Shown piece by piece: positions 62,189 through 64,000 of a stretch of DNA of 64,000 nt (the stretch's first letter is position 1; each line of letters starts with the position of its first letter). The notes below the pieces were generated by a model. It saw nothing but the letters and a program-made list of their open reading frames with translations. It was not told the DNA's origin and made no database searches. The position numbers and the translations under genes are program-made. Source of the DNA: Minutocellus sp. GHC0000111 (taxonomy: Eukaryota); assembly GCA_977018835.1 (NCBI GenBank), contig OZ361256.1, forward strand, positions 5,952,001 to 6,016,000, given 5' to 3'.

Positions 62189-63668
62189 TTACAACTTCTC
62201 GTAATTCACACCACCATTGAAAATACGATTGGGATAGGATTCACCAAAAAAAGGATCAAGACCATAGCCAACAATGATACTGATGCTATCGTCCTCTGAG
62301 AATATCCCACCGGTTGGAATCTGCGATGGCGAATAGCGGATGGGCCCAGGAATGAAGACAGACGGTGTGTCGCAATAGAATGCTATCCTGTGCCCTGCTT
62401 GAATCACTAGAGAAACTGGTATGCTCGTCTTCAAAGCATCACCCCTTCCAAGCACTTTGCCTGATGCTAGCTTTGACCATTGCGAAGAATCTCTTTCCTT
62501 TCCAACAGCGGAGCCAGACAAGGCATAAACCGTAATCGGAATTACTTCCTTCAGAGGAGTATGGATGTCAATGCTGGTGATACGAATGGTACTCTTTGCC
62601 TCAACCTCGAAAATGACTCCATTGTTTCTTATTCCGCCATTCATTCTGATGTTTTGTACGGTTGAAAGGATGCAGGCATAGGTGAGCAATTACCTCATGG
62701 CGTTATAGAAAAGTTGAACTCATACGTGTTCAAAAAATATACAAACATAAAACTCACACTGTATCGAGAGATTGATTGGGGTTTTCGATCGGTGGCGACA
62801 TTGTGGGTGGAGCTGGCGTGGGACTTTCAACAACTTCAGCTCGATTGGCACCTTGGATCGTGAAAGGCCCGCTCGTCTCTGCTTTGATGGTATATGGCTC
62901 GGGACCATCTTCCTTAGATAGGACCGCCTTGTATCGGCCAGAAGGGATATTCGTTCCAACTTCCCAGACGACGGTGCCATATTTCGGACAATCGAAAGTC
63001 GGATCCGATCCTTTGGCACAAACGTAGGCATATGCAATGTAGTCGTCATGGGAAAGTCCACCGCTGGTATCGACCCTGGAAGAGACCAGAGCAACAAAGT
63101 CTCCAGGTTGTACATCGATCGTGTTCATATACAATATTTTCAGTTGCTCGCCGGACTGGACTAATGCCTGTTTGACGAGGATGGCATTGCGGCGACGGGA
63201 GGTGGCTGCTTGATCGACCATGACAACATTTTCGGTCTCGTTCATGACCACGCTGTCAACCTCGATGATGGGTTCTTCGTTCGCCATGGGAATGATGTCT
63301 TCGCGCTCGTCGCTACCTGCGTCGTTTTCTCCGTAGAGCATCTCGTGGACATCGGCATCACTGACGGATTCTTCGGTCATGACAATGGTGGCAATGAACG
63401 GTGAATCTCCATCATCTCCAAACTGTTGCAGCGATCTTTCCTCGACGAAGGCATCACTGCGGGTATTCGATGAAAAGTGGTTGTAGTATCCTACGGTGGC
63501 GACGGCACCAATAATCAGAGCCAGTGAAACAGCAAGGACAGCCGAAAAGATGCCGGGGGACGCTTTGTTGGCGCTGAAACCATTGTGTTGAAGATGATGG
63601 CGAGTATCTGGACTGCTCGACGACAGATCCTCCTCGTCGCCAGATGTGATGCAAAGAGACTGCTTCAT
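62189..63668 (-). CDS. Type II membrane protein with extracellular beta-rich domains (intron ~62663-62758)
   Basis: N-terminal TM (AVLAVSLALIIGAVATVGYY), PTPAPPT linker, second exon NGVIFEVEA...ITSIDIH...W...FNGGVNY. Confidence 0.65.
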
Positions 63669-64000
63669 GCTCAATACGTAGGTTGCGCAAAGTAGGATTT
63701 GAATGCAGTGAGTCGCCAGTGCATTCAATGGCTTACGATGTCGTCCTCTGTCGGAATACAATGATTCTAATCATGGTGATTTTAATTATCCCATGCCTCC
63801 CGACTTCTGCGTTGAGCCAACAAGTCACATCAAGTCATCTAATTTACGCCTATTTGGTCGCCGTTTCTTTGTAACGCGCGCCTTGTCAGTTGAGCGTGCT
63901 TGGAATGTTGCGAACCCCCTGGCTGGCCATGCAAAAACTCATGGATGCTGCGAACCCTCTCCCCCCAGTGTGTGAAGCATCTCACGCGATACTGGTAACT

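Noticed and set aside
1..64000. tRNA/rRNA genes
   Set aside because: None recognised by eye; a tRNAscan-SE/Infernal run would be needed to exclude them.

Overview
Eukaryotic nuclear DNA, most likely a diatom. Evidence: short GT-AG introns, bipartite signal+ASAF plastid presequences, a theta-carbonic anhydrase and diatom-type transposons. About 22 protein genes are present, including WW-repeat Sec16, cyclophilin H, a selenocysteine peroxiredoxin with a SECIS, ABC1 kinase, eIF4B-like, SDR, SLAC1/TDT, F-box, DHDPS, Nudix, a PAS-TRP channel fusion, theta-CA and NDPK-like. Mobile DNA comprises a decayed RTE-like LINE, a full-length DD39D mariner with TIRs and TA TSDs, and a ~3.9 kb insertion splitting the ABC1K gene that encodes a possible 2OG-Fe(II) dioxygenase/Zn-finger protein. 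Most notable: (1) patches of apparent RTAY-specific TA->TG/CA hypermutation on mobile or disrupted DNA; (2) abundant TA-flanked palindromes that match mariner excision footprints, some in-frame inside proteins; (3) a FixL-type heme-PAS fused to a TRP-like channel; (4) a Sec-peroxiredoxin. Many genes carry single-base frameshifts or stops, so assembly error cannot be excluded. All calls are from motif recognition by eye, with no database searches.
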